From the sequence record SRR22947725_3536: a stretch of 35,994 nucleotides of DNA. One strand, given 5' to 3'. Both the position numbers and the translations under genes were made by a program. Under the pieces are notes generated by a model. That model ran no database searches, was not told the DNA's origin, and worked only from the letters and a program-made list of their open reading frames with translations. This document shows, piece after piece, positions 20,060-30,727 of the stretch (within the stretch, counting starts at the first letter, position 1; each line of letters opens with the position of its first letter).

Positions 20060-21164
20060 TTATACCCCTTGCTTTAAACTTTCACTGATAAATGGGTCTA
20101 GATCTCCATCTAATACCCCTTGTGTATTTCCAACTTCCACACCCGTTCTTAGATCTTTAATTCTTGATTGATCAAGAACATAACTTCTAATTTGATGGCC
20201 CCAACCAATATCACTTTTAGCATCTTCCACAGCTTGCTTCTCTTCATTTCTTTTATTTAATTCTATTGCATAAAGCTGGGCTTTTAACATATTCATTGCT
20301 TCAGCCTTATTTCTATGTTGCGATCGATCATTTTGACATTGAACAACCGTATTCGTTGGGACATGTGTAATTCTAACAGCAGAATCTGTTTTGTTAATAT
20401 GCTGACCGCCCGCACCTGAAGCACGATAGGTATCAATGCGAAGGTCAGCAGGATTTACATCAATTTCTATTGAATCGTCTATTTCAGGAAAAACATTCAC
20501 CCCAGCAAATGAGGTATGTCTCCGACTTCCTGAATCGAATGGAGATTTTCTCACTAAACGATGAATGCCTGACTCTGTTCTAAAGTATCCGTATGCAAAA
20601 TCACCTGAAATTTTAATGGACGCTCCCTTAATGCCCGCCACCTCACCGTCAGATAACTCTAAAACCTCAACCTTGAATGCTTTTTGTTCTGCATACCTTA
20701 TATACATCCGAAGCAACATATTTGCCCAGTCTTGGGCTTCTGTCCCACCACTTCCTGACTGAAAATCAATAAAGCAATTATTTGGATCCATAGGATTTGA
20801 AAACATCCTCTTAAATTCAACATCCTCAACAAGCTTTGAAATTTTTTCTGTATCAAGTTGAATTGTCTTCAGGGTTTCTTTATCTTCCTCTTCCCTTGCT
20901 AAATCAAATAATTCTTGATTATCTTTTATCTGATGAGTGAGTTGAGCTGCTTGATTTACAATAATTTCCAGACCACGTTTTTCTTTACCAATCTTTTCAT
21001 TTAATGCACGATCGGACCAAGTTTTTGGATCTTGTTGAAGCACTTCGAGCTCAGCAATTCTTTTAGATTTTGCTTCTAAGTCAAAGATACCCCCGTAAGG
21101 TTTGAAATTTTGTATCTATTGCTTGAATTTGTTGCGCCAGAATTTGTAACTCGTCTTGTTCCAT
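20060..21164 (-). CDS. prfB: Peptide chain release factor 2 with +1 programmed frameshift (join 21164-21084, 21082-20060; 367 aa)
   Basis: ATG at 21164 gives 27 codons MEQDEL...LRGYL, then TGA. The +1 frame continues [19 protein letters not shown] into the listed ORF with SPF and GGQ motifs. Confidence 0.97.
21080..21094 (-). promoter_or_regulatory. RF2 autoregulatory +1 frameshift signal
   Basis: Minus strand GGGGG-TAT-CTT-TGA-C: an internal SD-like run 3 nt before the CUU UGA C slip site. Confidence 0.95.
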
Positions 21165-21243
21165 TTTTCTTTATTTTTACCTTTTTATTACCATTATAAT
21201 GAAGAGTATTATAACTCTTTTTACCAAAAGTAAATTTGCCATA

Positions 21244-21277
21244 TTGTCATAAAAGTGTCACTAAACTAAACTAATCT
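21244..21277 (+). promoter_or_regulatory. Pho box promoter of pstS
   Basis: TTGTCAT-AAAA-GTGTCAC (21244-21261), followed exactly 10 nt later by a -10-like TAATCT, the canonical PhoB promoter geometry. Confidence 0.88.
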
Positions 21278-21327
21278 ACTTAAAGTTTCAAAACCTTTAA
21301 AATTTAAAAATTAGGAGCTTAAAATAA

Positions 21328-22332
21328 ATGAAATCACTTAATCTTAAAAAACTGAGTGCTGCTGCTTTATTGAGTACAGGCATATACACTATGCCAGTAA
21401 CAGCAGCGGTTGATATTGTCAAAATTGATGGTTCGAGTACAGTTTATCCAATTACTGAGGCGGTTGCTGAAGAATTTCAAAAAGAAACAGGTATTAAAGT
21501 TACTGTGGGTGTGTCAGGAACGGGAGGTGGTTTTAAGAAATTTTGTCGAGGTGAAACAGTTATATCAGATGCTTCAAGACCAATTAAGGCAAAAGAAATT
21601 AAGAAGTGTAAAGAAGCTGGCATTTCATTTATCGAAATACCTGTAGCCTATGATGCTCTGACTGTAGTGGTAAATAAAAAGAATGATTGGGCAAAAGAAA
21701 TGACCACAGAAGAATTAAAGAAAATGTGGGAGCCTGCAGCACAAGGTAAAATAACAAAATGGAGCCAAATTAGAGCTGGATGGCCAGATACACCAATAGG
21801 ATTATATGGACCAGGCGCAGATTCAGGAACATTTGATTATTTTACTGAAGCAGTTATTAAAAAATCAAAAGCAATTAGAGGTGACTTTACTGCTTCAGAA
21901 GATGATAACGTATTAGTCAAAGGCGTTTCAGGTGACAAGGGTGGTATTGGATATTTTGGCCTAGCTTATTACGAAGAAAATAAAAGTATCCTTGATTCAG
22001 TAGCCATTAAAAATTCAACAGGTGAGTTTGTATCACCAGGCCTTAAAACAGTTATGAACGGCTCATATAACCCATTATCAAGACCTTTATTTATTTACCT
22101 TAATGCGACTAAAGCTGCTTTTGACCCAAATGTGAAAAAGTTTGTTGAGTTCTATTTAAAACACGCAGGTGAGCTTTCAACAGAAGTAGGTTATATTCCT
22201 TTTAGTGATGAAGAATACGCTGCTATTACAAATCACTACAAAACACTTAAAACAGGAACGGCATACAAGAAACCAGAGATTGGTTTATCTGTGAAACAGA
22301 TTTTAGAATTATCCGCAGCAAGTAAGGACTAG
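21328..22332 (+). CDS. pstS: Phosphate ABC transporter substrate-binding protein
   Basis: Signal peptide, IDGSSTVYP, SGTGGGFKKFC, DSGTFDYF and YNPLSRPLFIY motifs. Confidence 0.96.
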   Translation: MKSLNLKKLSAAALLSTGIYTMPVTAAVDIVKIDGSSTVYPITEAVAEEFQKETGIKVTVGVSGTGGGFKKFCRGETVISDASRPIKAKEIKKCKEAGISFIEIPVAYDALTVVVNKKNDWAKEMTTEELKKMWEPAAQGKITKWSQIRAGWPDTPIGLYGPGADSGTFDYFTEAVIKKSKAIRGDFTASEDDNVLVKGVSGDKGGIGYFGLAYYEENKSILDSVAIKNSTGEFVSPGLKTVMNGSYNPLSRPLFIYLNATKAAFDPNVKKFVEFYLKHAGELSTEVGYIPFSDEEYAAITNHYKTLKTGTAYKKPEIGLSVKQILELSAASKD

Positions 22333-22347
22333 TATATTTTGTTCTTC

Positions 22348-22377
22348 AAAAAAAGGCAGCACAATGCTGCCTTTTTT
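22348..22377 (+). terminator. Stem-loop/terminator between pstS and pstC
   Basis: AAAAAAGGCAGCA-caa-TGCTGCCTTTTTT. Confidence 0.85.
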
Positions 22378-22484
22378 ATTATTTTGAAATAATTAAAGTT
22401 TAATTCAATTATTTCTCATTTATTTATCAAAATTGAGTATCATTTGATTAAGCAAAAAAATTTAGCGTTATCCAATTTCCAACT

Positions 22485-23411
22485 ATGGCAAAATTAGAAA
22501 ATTCAGAGGTTAGCCCCAGGCTAGCAAAAAATTTACGTCGTAATATACTCGAAAGATTTATTGAGTTTGGTCTGCTTTGTTCTGGGATCTTCGCTATTTT
22601 TATCACCCTAGCCATCATTTATGTTTTGGTATCTGAAGCCATTCCGTTCTTCCAACATGTGAGTCTTTATGACTTTTTAACCGATACCGTTTGGACACCA
22701 AATTACTCCATTAAGCATTACGGAATCATGGCGCTTGTTTCAGGAACGTTAACAACTACTTTTATTGCTTTATTTGTCGCAGTCCCATTAGGGACAATCA
22801 CAGCCATTTATTTATCCGAGTTCGCAACGCATAAAGTCAGGGAAACAATTAAGCCCGTTTTGGAATTATTAGTTGGCGTGCCGACTGTTGTATTTGGTTA
22901 TTTTGCTCTCATGTTAGTCACCCCCCTACTACAAAAAATATATCCCGATCTTACAACATTCAATATGCTCGGCCCTGGAATTGTCATGGGTATCATGATC
23001 GTGCCGTACATTGCATCAGTTGCTGAAGATGCAATGAGAGCGGTGCCTATGGCCATGCGGGAAGGCGCTTACGCGATGGGAGCAACTAGATTTCAAACAG
23101 CAATTAAGGTGATTACACCAGCTGCGATTTCAGGCATTATTGCAGCCTATATTCTCGCGATTAGTCGAGCTGTGGGTGAAACTATGATTGTTGCCATTGC
23201 AGCAGGACAACAACCTAACTTTACATTCAACCCAGTTGAAAGTGCTGCGACTATTACTGCTTATATCGTGTCAGTTGCTTTGGGAGATTTAGAGCATGGC
23301 GGGATTGGTTTCCAAAGTATTTTTGCCGCAGGCCTAACATTATTAATTATGACATTAATTTTTAACATTATTGGGCACGCCGTTCGTAAGAAATTTGCTG
23401 AGAGATATTAA
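22485..23411 (+). CDS. pstC: Phosphate ABC transporter permease PstC
   Basis: AIYLSEFA, ELLVGVPTVVFG, EAA-like loop REGAYAMGAT, and SRAVGETM. Confidence 0.96.
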   Translation: MAKLENSEVSPRLAKNLRRNILERFIEFGLLCSGIFAIFITLAIIYVLVSEAIPFFQHVSLYDFLTDTVWTPNYSIKHYGIMALVSGTLTTTFIALFVAVPLGTITAIYLSEFATHKVRETIKPVLELLVGVPTVVFGYFALMLVTPLLQKIYPDLTTFNMLGPGIVMGIMIVPYIASVAEDAMRAVPMAMREGAYAMGATRFQTAIKVITPAAISGIIAAYILAISRAVGETMIVAIAAGQQPNFTFNPVESAATITAYIVSVALGDLEHGGIGFQSIFAAGLTLLIMTLIFNIIGHAVRKKFAERY

Positions 23412-23416
23412 TATAG

Positions 23417-24361
23417 ATGACTGATAATAAAAAAGTTGAGATAGAAAATAATTTAACCCTAATTAGGGCGTTAATTACGAAACACAAAAGGCATGATCAT
23501 ATCTTTGCCGGTGTGGGTATGTTTATCATTATTTCCTTAACTATCACCTTGTTAGTTTTATTTTTAGATCTTGTTTTTGATGGGTACCCTCGGTTTAATT
23601 TAGATTTTTTAACAAACTTTCCTTCCAGACGCGCAACGGCTGCAGGTATTTTATCTGCTTGGGTGGGCTCATCACTGGTACTGATTGTGACTTTTTTTGC
23701 TGCCGTGCCACTTGGCATTGCCGCGGGTGTTTATCTTGAAGAATATGCAAAAAAGAATTGGTTTTCTGATTTAATTGAAATTAATGTGACAAATTTAGCA
23801 GGTGTGCCATCTATTATTTATGGCCTTTTAGCCCTTGGTTTATTTGTTTACGGCTTTGGATTGGGTCAAACTATTTTGACTGCTGGACTAACGTTAGCAT
23901 TGTTAATGTTACCCATTGTTATTGTAGCGACACGAGAAGCAATAAGAGCCATTCCTATCCATATTAGAGAGGCTGCTTATGCAGTTGGCGCAACAAAATG
24001 GCAAGTTTCACTGCATCATGTGATTCAGTATTCGTATGGAGGAATTCTAACCGGCGTCATTATTGGAATGGCGAGAGCAATTGGCGAAACTGCACCGGTT
24101 ATTACTATAGGTGCTTTAACATTTATTGCCTTTCTACCCCCAAGCCCTGTTGGTTTAGAGCCACCCTTTATCAATTTTGAATGGCTAGAGGCAGGCTTTA
24201 CTGTGCTCCCTATTCAAATGTTTAATTGGATTTCAAGACCACAAATGGCATTTCATGTAAATGCAGCTGCAACTGGAGCAATTATAATTTTATTAACATT
24301 GTTAATGAACGGATTAGCAATTAAAATTCGATACAACATTAGGAAGAAAATTAAATGGTAG
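23417..24361 (+). CDS. pstA: Phosphate ABC transporter permease PstA
   Basis: [33 protein letters not shown] and ARAIGETAP motifs. Confidence 0.96.
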   Translation: MTDNKKVEIENNLTLIRALITKHKRHDHIFAGVGMFIIISLTITLLVLFLDLVFDGYPRFNLDFLTNFPSRRATAAGILSAWVGSSLVLIVTFFAAVPLGIAAGVYLEEYAKKNWFSDLIEINVTNLAGVPSIIYGLLALGLFVYGFGLGQTILTAGLTLALLMLPIVIVATREAIRAIPIHIREAAYAVGATKWQVSLHHVIQYSYGGILTGVIIGMARAIGETAPVITIGALTFIAFLPPSPVGLEPPFINFEWLEAGFTVLPIQMFNWISRPQMAFHVNAAATGAIIILLTLLMNGLAIKIRYNIRKKIKW

Positions 24362-25149
24362 ATAAAAAAAGAAAGCATCCAAAAGAGATTATTAAAGCAG
24401 AATCTAATTCACTTAATTTCTTTTATGCTGATGGAACGCAAGCACTTAAAAAGATAAGTCTGCCAGTTTATGAGAATAAAATAACTGCTCTCATCGGACC
24501 TTCAGGATGCGGTAAGTCGACATTCTTAAGATGTTTTAACCGTATGCATGATTTATACCCTGGTAATAAATATGATGGTGAAATTATTCTTCAACCAGAT
24601 AATACAAATATCTTAGATAAACGTGTAGATCCTATAGAAGTGAGGATGAGAATCAGTATGGTTTTTCAAAAGCCGAATCCATTTCCTAAATCAATTTATG
24701 AAAATGTTGCGTATGGTTTAAGAGTCAGGGGTGAAAAAAATAAAAGGGTGCTTGATGATAAAGTTGAAGAGGCTCTTAAAGGTGCCTCTTTATGGGATGA
24801 AGTTAATAAGAGGCTTCATGATCTCGCATTCAATCTTTCAGGTGGTCAACAACAAAGACTTTGTATTGCTAGAGCATTGGCAACTGATCCTGAAATTATG
24901 TTGTTTGATGAACCCACCTCAGCACTTGATCCAATAGCAACCATGAATATTGAGGAACTTATGGCGGGTTTAAAAGAAAAATTATCAATTTTAATTGTGA
25001 CGCATAACATGCAACAAGCAGCTAGGATTTCTGACTACACAGCATATATGTATCTGGGTGAATTAGTTGAGCATGATGAAACTGATAAAGTGTTTACCAA
25101 TCCAAGTAAGAAAGAAACAGAGGATTACATTACAGGTAAGTTTGGATAA
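24355..25149 (+). CDS. pstB: Phosphate ABC transporter ATPase
   Basis: [32 protein letters not shown] and [10 protein letters not shown] motifs. Confidence 0.97.
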   Translation: MVDKKRKHPKEIIKAESNSLNFFYADGTQALKKISLPVYENKITALIGPSGCGKSTFLRCFNRMHDLYPGNKYDGEIILQPDNTNILDKRVDPIEVRMRISMVFQKPNPFPKSIYENVAYGLRVRGEKNKRVLDDKVEEALKGASLWDEVNKRLHDLAFNLSGGQQQRLCIARALATDPEIMLFDEPTSALDPIATMNIEELMAGLKEKLSILIVTHNMQQAARISDYTAYMYLGELVEHDETDKVFTNPSKKETEDYITGKFG

Positions 25150-25152
25150 CGG

Positions 25153-26496
25153 CTAAATTAATTCTTCAATTGTTCTAGTAAGAAATTTAGCAGCTTTCAT
25201 AACCTCTTTCTTTACAGGTCCTTCAGTCATAACCCTAACTAAAGGTTGCGTGCCAGATGGACGAATTAATGTTCGACCCATTCCTTTCATGATAATTTCT
25301 GATTTCTTGATTGCATCTCTTATGACTTTTGATTTTAAATTGACTTTATTTTCCGTGGGGATATTTATTAAAATTTGTGGATAAAGTTTTATATCAAGCA
25401 ATGCATCTTTGAGACTTATTTTATTTTTTACTAAAAATGATAAGACCTGCAATGCAGATATAATCCCATCCCCAGTTGAGTGTAAATTCTTCACTAGCAG
25501 GTGTCCAGAATTCTCACCGCCCAAAATCCACTTTCTTCTATCCAACTCTTCTGAAACATAGCGATCCCCAACATCGGCTCTGACAAAAGGAATAGACTGC
25601 ATTTTACATTTTTCTTCAAAAGCCAAATTTGTCATGTGAGTTCCCACAACTCCGCCAAACGAAATCCCTTCTTTAATATAAAACTGCATTATCAAATAAA
25701 GAAGTTGATCACCATCTACCAAAGTCCCGTTATGATCTACCATAATCACGCGATCACCATCGCCATCAAATGCGATCCCAATATCTGCATTATGAGAAAT
25801 TACAGCACTTTGTAAATTTTTAGGATAGACAGACCCTGCTTTATGATTAATATTTAAACCATTGGGTTCATCATTAACTACAATAATATTTGCGCCTAGA
25901 TTAGAAAAAATCACAGGAGCGATATGATAAGTTGCTCCATTTGCACAATCTAAGACAATAGTTAAGCCTTTTAAGGAAGCATTCTTCAAAAAAGTATTTT
26001 CGCAAAACTCAATATATTGTTTTACATAATTTTCAGCTCTTTGCGCCTTACCCAGCTTATTTGGCATAACCATTTCAATTTTTTGATCGATGAGAGATTC
26101 AATTTCATGCTCAATTTCATCTGATAACTTCAAGCCTTTTGTTGAAAAAAATTTTATTCCATTATCATCATAAGGATTGTGAGATGCTGAAATAATAACT
26201 CCGAAATCAGCTTTTCGTGAACGTGTTAAATAGGCTATTGCTGGAGTAGGAATGGGCCCTGTCAAAAAAACATCCACGCCTGCACTGGAAAATCCTGCTT
26301 CAAGGGCAGATTCAAGCATATAACCTGAAATACGCGTATCTTTGCCAATGACAACTGATGGCTTTTGACTTCTTTTATTTCTACGAGATAAAACAATTCC
26401 TGCTGCGTATCCGAGTTTTACGAAATACTCAGGCGTAATTGGTGGTTCTCCAACTCTTCCTCTAATCCCATCCGTACCAAAATATTTTTTTTTCAC
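25153..26496 (-). CDS. glmM: Phosphoglucosamine mutase
   Basis: YFGTDGIRG, ISASHNP, FDGDGDR and GGENSGH motifs. GTG start with GGGAG upstream. Confidence 0.96.
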   Translation of the reverse strand: MKKKYFGTDGIRGRVGEPPITPEYFVKLGYAAGIVLSRRNKRSQKPSVVIGKDTRISGYMLESALEAGFSSAGVDVFLTGPIPTPAIAYLTRSRKADFGVIISASHNPYDDNGIKFFSTKGLKLSDEIEHEIESLIDQKIEMVMPNKLGKAQRAENYVKQYIEFCENTFLKNASLKGLTIVLDCANGATYHIAPVIFSNLGANIIVVNDEPNGLNINHKAGSVYPKNLQSAVISHNADIGIAFDGDGDRVIMVDHNGTLVDGDQLLYLIMQFYIKEGISFGGVVGTHMTNLAFEEKCKMQSIPFVRADVGDRYVSEELDRRKWILGGENSGHLLVKNLHSTGDGIISALQVLSFLVKNKISLKDALLDIKLYPQILINIPTENKVNLKSKVIRDAIKKSEIIMKGMGRTLIRPSGTQPLVRVMTEGPVKKEVMKAAKFLTRTIEELI

Positions 26497-26505
26497 GAAT
26501 CTCCC

Positions 26506-27321
26506 TTATAAAGCCTGAAGAACAGAAATAGCATTTTGAGTTTCTTTAACATCATGAACCCTCAAAATTCGAGCACCTTTTTGAATTGCCAAACAAGCCA
26601 TTAAAACACTTGCTTGAATAATATCATTTTCTTTATCTCCCACCATTTTTTTTACCATCGATTTCCTTGAAACACCAATTAAAATAGGAAGCGATAATCT
26701 TTTAAAAAAATCAATATTTTTAAATAAGTCAGTGTTATGTTCAAACGTTTTTCCAAAACCAAAACCTGGGTCAATTATAATTCTCTCATTTTTAATCCCT
26801 GCCTTATTACATTCGGATATTCTAGATTTAAAAAATAACCCTACCTCAGAAACAATATTTTCATATGACGGGGAATTTTGCATATTTGCTGGAGAATTCT
26901 GCATATGCATTAAACAAACCAATAAATTTGAATTAGATACAGCATCAATAGCCCCTTTTTTTTGTAACGCGTAAATATCATTAATCATATCAACTTCGTA
27001 ATCAATAGAGAGTCGCATGATTTCAGGTTTATAGGTATCAATTGATATTGGAAAATTAAATTCTTTTTTTATTTCCTTTAATATTGGCTCCAGTCTAGCC
27101 CGCTCTTCGTTTACCGAGATAATTTCTGCACCTGGGCGTGAGGATTCGGCACCAATATCAATAATATCTACTCCATGTTCAATCATATATTCAACATGTT
27201 TGAGAGCAGTTCCCAACTGATTGAACTTTCCTCCATCAGAGAATGAATCAGGAGTTAAATTTAATACTCCCATAATTAAAGGATTTGAGTTTGAGTGAAG
27301 TAACTGAGAAATTTTATTCAT
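26506..27321 (-). CDS. folP: Dihydropteroate synthase
   Basis: MGVLNLTPDSFSDGG, IIDPGFGFGK, GVSRKS and LRVHDV motifs. Confidence 0.97.
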   Translation of the reverse strand: MNKISQLLHSNSNPLIMGVLNLTPDSFSDGGKFNQLGTALKHVEYMIEHGVDIIDIGAESSRPGAEIISVNEERARLEPILKEIKKEFNFPISIDTYKPEIMRLSIDYEVDMINDIYALQKKGAIDAVSNSNLLVCLMHMQNSPANMQNSPSYENIVSEVGLFFKSRISECNKAGIKNERIIIDPGFGFGKTFEHNTDLFKNIDFFKRLSLPILIGVSRKSMVKKMVGDKENDIIQASVLMACLAIQKGARILRVHDVKETQNAISVLQAL

Positions 27322-27350
27322 AAAAAATAAAGGAGGCTTACGCCTCCTTT
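27322..27350 (-). terminator. Intrinsic terminator-like hairpin between ftsH and folP
   Basis: Minus strand AAAGGAGGC-GTAA-GCCTCCTTT-ATTTTTT, immediately followed by the folP ATG. Confidence 0.8.
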
Positions 27351-27353
27351 TTT

Positions 27354-29246
27354 TTATCTTGATTTAGCTGCAGGTTGCGGCTTGATAGTACTTGTTGGTG
27401 TCTTACCAGTCGGAGGCATTTTATTGTCTGTAGATGACTTGGAAGGTTTTGGAGCTCTCACTTTTTTCCCTGCCATAACATCATTAATCTGATCACTGTC
27501 GATTGTTTCATATTCGAGAAGTGCTTTTGCCATTGCCTCGACTTTCTTTTTATTTTTTTCTAGTAGTTTTCGAGCAACTGCATATTGCTTGTCTAGTATT
27601 GCTTTTATTTCGGCATCAACTAATTGCTGAGTCGCTTGAGAAATTGCCTTAGGCGCTCCAAAGAAAGATTCCTGGTTCTCATCAGCATAGACCATGGTTC
27701 CAAGCTTATCTGACATACCATATTTTGTAACCATATCTCTGGCAAGTTTAGTAGCTCTTTCGAAATCATTACCAGCACCTGTAGACATTTGCTTCATAAA
27801 GACTTCTTCAGCAATTCGACCACCAAATAAAATTGAAATTTCTTCTAACATTTTAGTCTTGAAGTTACTAAATCGATCAAATTCAGGAAGCTGCCAGGTT
27901 AAGCCAAGTGCATAACCTCTTGGCATAATTGTAACCTTATGAACTGGATCAGCATTAGGCAGTAATTTTGCCACTACTGCGTGACCAGATTCGTGATAAG
28001 CGGTGTTCATTCGCTCTTCTTCACGCATAACCAATGACTTCCTTTCTGGTCCCATATAAATTTTATCTTTTGCTTGTTCGAAATCTTCCATATCAACAAT
28101 GGATTTATTTCCCCTTGCAGCATAAAGTGCGGCTTCATTAACTAAATTAGCTAGATCTGCCCCTGAAAAACCTGGCGTTCCTCGCGCAATGATGTCAGCT
28201 TTAACATCGTTATCAATAGGAATCTTTCTCATGTGAACATGAAGAATCTCCTCTCTACCTTTGATGTCAGGCAATCCAACCATAATTTGTCTATCAAAAC
28301 GGCCGGGTCTTAGCAAAGCTTTATCTAAAACGTCAGCACGGTTCGTTGCAGCAACAACAATGACACCTGAACTTGGTTCAAAACCGTCAAGCTCAACAAG
28401 TAACTGATTAAGCGTTTGTTCTCTTTCATCATTTCCCCCTCCAGTGCCTGCACCACGGCTTCTTCCTACCGCGTCAATTTCGTCAATAAATATAATGCAG
28501 GGTGAGCTTTTCTTAGCTTGCTCAAACATATCTCTTACCCTTGCAGCACCAACACCTACAAACATTTCTACGAAATCAGAACCCGAGATGGTAAAGAATG
28601 GAACTTTTGCTTCGCCTGCGACTGCACGTGCAAGAAGTGTTTTACCCGTACCCGGAGGGCCAACAAGAAGAACTCCTCTTGGAATTCGACCTCCTAATTT
28701 ATGAAATTTTGCGGGATCTTTTAAAAAATCCACCATTTCAGTCACTTCTTCTTTTGCTTCATCACAACCTGCAACATCCTTGAATGTTGTTTTATTTGAT
28801 GTTTGATCTAGTTGTCTGGCCTTACTCTTCCCAAATGAGAATGGTCCTCCACCTTTACCACCACCTTGCATTTGTTTCATAAAGAATATCCAAACGCCGA
28901 CTAATAAAATCATTGGGAACCAGGATATGAATACACTCATTAAAAATGATTGCTTTTCTTCAGGTTTTGCTTCAACTACAACACCATTTTTCAGCAAATC
29001 AGAGACTAACCAAGGGTCAGTTGGTGCGTAAGTAGAGAATTTTTTACCATTATTAGTAGTACCTGTTATGTTATGCCCATCAATCCTTACCTTAGCAATA
29101 TTTCCAGATTTCACTTGATCCATGAATTGCGAATAAACAAGTTTGTTATCAAGTCTGGATGATGAAGAAAATTGATTAAATATAGTCATCATAATTATGC
29201 CTATAGCAATCCAGATACCTATACTCTTAAGAATGTTTTTATTCAA
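27354..29246 (-). CDS. ftsH: ATP-dependent zinc metalloprotease FtsH
   Basis: Two TM helices, Walker A GPPGTGKT, Walker [16 protein letters not shown], and the HESGH Zn motif. TTG start. Confidence 0.98.
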   Translation of the reverse strand: MNKNILKSIGIWIAIGIIMMTIFNQFSSSSRLDNKLVYSQFMDQVKSGNIAKVRIDGHNITGTTNNGKKFSTYAPTDPWLVSDLLKNGVVVEAKPEEKQSFLMSVFISWFPMILLVGVWIFFMKQMQGGGKGGGPFSFGKSKARQLDQTSNKTTFKDVAGCDEAKEEVTEMVDFLKDPAKFHKLGGRIPRGVLLVGPPGTGKTLLARAVAGEAKVPFFTISGSDFVEMFVGVGAARVRDMFEQAKKSSPCIIFIDEIDAVGRSRGAGTGGGNDEREQTLNQLLVELDGFEPSSGVIVVAATNRADVLDKALLRPGRFDRQIMVGLPDIKGREEILHVHMRKIPIDNDVKADIIARGTPGFSGADLANLVNEAALYAARGNKSIVDMEDFEQAKDKIYMGPERKSLVMREEERMNTAYHESGHAVVAKLLPNADPVHKVTIMPRGYALGLTWQLPEFDRFSNFKTKMLEEISILFGGRIAEEVFMKQMSTGAGNDFERATKLARDMVTKYGMSDKLGTMVYADENQESFFGAPKAISQATQQLVDAEIKAILDKQYAVARKLLEKNKKKVEAMAKALLEYETIDSDQINDVMAGKKVRAPKPSKSSTDNKMPPTGKTPTSTIKPQPAAKSR

Positions 29247-29317
29247 TGTTTGGCCTTATTAAAATTAAAAATTCAAAACTTAAATCATTATAACTAATTA
29301 AAAATCAAAACTACAAT

Positions 29318-29944
29318 TTATGCTTTTGACTGAAACTCATAACCCAATAGAAAGATTTCAGAGCTTCTGCTTCTAGATGAATCAGGTTTTATTTTGAATA
29401 CTTTTTTAAAATGTAACTTAAGCTCATTTAAAAACTTTTCAAAATCAGCACCAACAAAACTCTTGACTAAAAAAAAACCATTTTGTTTCAAATTATTTTT
29501 TACAAACTCAAGCGCTAATTCATTTAGATAAATCGCTCTTTGTTGATCTACCATTTTAATACCACTAATATTGGGTGCCATATCAGAAATTACAAGGTCT
29601 ACTGGCAAATTTTTTAGTTTATCTTGTATATCTCGTAGAACTTTTTCTTCTTCAAAATTACCTTGAATAAAGTCAATATTCTTAATTGGGGGCATCTCTA
29701 ATAAGTCAGCAGCAACAACCCTGCCAGTTGCTCCTATTTTATTTGATAGCACTTGAGACCATCCCCCAGGCGCGGCTCCTAGGTCAACAGCTTTGATCCC
29801 AGGTTTGATGATATGATATTTTTTATCAATTTCAATTAACTTATAAGCTGCCCTTGACCGATATCCATCTTTTTGTGCTTGGATAACGAATGGATCTTTA
29901 ACATGCCCTTTTATCCAGTTTTTACTATTGTTGGCTTTACTCAT
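29318..29944 (-). CDS. rlmE: 23S rRNA Um2552 methyltransferase RlmE (FtsJ/RrmJ)
   Basis: YRSRAAYKL, DLGAAPGGWSQ, SDMAPN and SRSRSSE motifs. Confidence 0.96.
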   Translation of the reverse strand: MSKANNSKNWIKGHVKDPFVIQAQKDGYRSRAAYKLIEIDKKYHIIKPGIKAVDLGAAPGGWSQVLSNKIGATGRVVAADLLEMPPIKNIDFIQGNFEEEKVLRDIQDKLKNLPVDLVISDMAPNISGIKMVDQQRAIYLNELALEFVKNNLKQNGFFLVKSFVGADFEKFLNELKLHFKKVFKIKPDSSRSRSSEIFLLGYEFQSKA

Positions 29945-29983
29945 CTGTTAATATATCCAAAATTAAATAATTTTTTTACCTAA

Positions 29984-30271
29984 ATGTTAAATTCAAAACA
30001 AGTTGCCCACTTAAAAAGCCTTTCACATTCTTTGAATCCAGTTGTGCAAGTTGGTCATAAAGGGCTTACAGATTCTGTTATCAATGAAATTCAAATTAGT
30101 ATAAAAGCTCACGAGTTAATTAAAATAAAACTTCAAGAAAAAGATAAAAATAAAAGAAAACTTTTACTTGATGAGATATGTAAAAAAATTAATGGGCAAG
30201 CAATCAATATGATTGGGATGCAAATAGTTATTTTTAAACCCAGTGAGCCGTCAAAAATAGATCTTCCTTAA
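29984..30271 (+). CDS. yhbY: RNA-binding CRM-domain protein YhbY
   Basis: LKSLSHSLNPVVQVGHKGL...HELIKIK, divergent from rlmE as commonly seen. Confidence 0.92.
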   Translation: MLNSKQVAHLKSLSHSLNPVVQVGHKGLTDSVINEIQISIKAHELIKIKLQEKDKNKRKLLLDEICKKINGQAINMIGMQIVIFKPSEPSKIDLP

Positions 30272-30274
30272 GCC

Positions 30275-30721
30275 TTACCTACTTTTCAATAGTAAAAATA
30301 TTCCCAAAAAGCATTGAATTAAATAAGCAATACTTGCAATTCCATGCCACGCTGAGAACCTATCTGCAAAAACACTCTCCATGACTTCTTTTGGAAAGGC
30401 CTCTACTTTTAAAGCCTCAAGTAATGGATTGATTCCAAAAAAGCTTATAGAGAGAATCAATAACAGTAAAAGTGCTAACCATGCTTGCATTTTTTTAAAG
30501 AACTTTATTTTTTCACTATGAAACCCGAATCCTAAAATCAAAATAAGAGTAATCATTCCAAAAAAATTAAGATAGAAAAATAAATTTGAAACAATAACGC
30601 CCGCAATATAAGAGCTTGGAATCATATTAAAGATTACATAAGTAACCATGAGCATAGCCCAGAGACCTCCAACCCAAAGACTTGTAAAAATAAAACTTAG
30701 TTTATTTAAAAAAGAATTCAT
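30275..30721 (-). CDS. Four-TM membrane protein, DUF4149-like
   Basis: LWVGGLW and RFSAWHGIASIAYL motifs, in the usual greA-yhbY interval of betaproteobacteria. Confidence 0.7.
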   Translation of the reverse strand: MNSFLNKLSFIFTSLWVGGLWAMLMVTYVIFNMIPSSYIAGVIVSNLFFYLNFFGMITLILILGFGFHSEKIKFFKKMQAWLALLLLLILSISFFGINPLLEALKVEAFPKEVMESVFADRFSAWHGIASIAYLIQCFLGIFLLLKSR

Positions 30722-30727
30722 ATGAAT

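Noticed and set aside
21044-21164. Apparent premature stop or truncation of prfB (pseudogene?)
   Set aside because: Explained by the canonical programmed +1 frameshift.
22405-22452. Fur-box-like AT-rich sequences upstream of pstC
   Set aside because: Only partial half-site matches, which are expected by chance in an AT-rich spacer.
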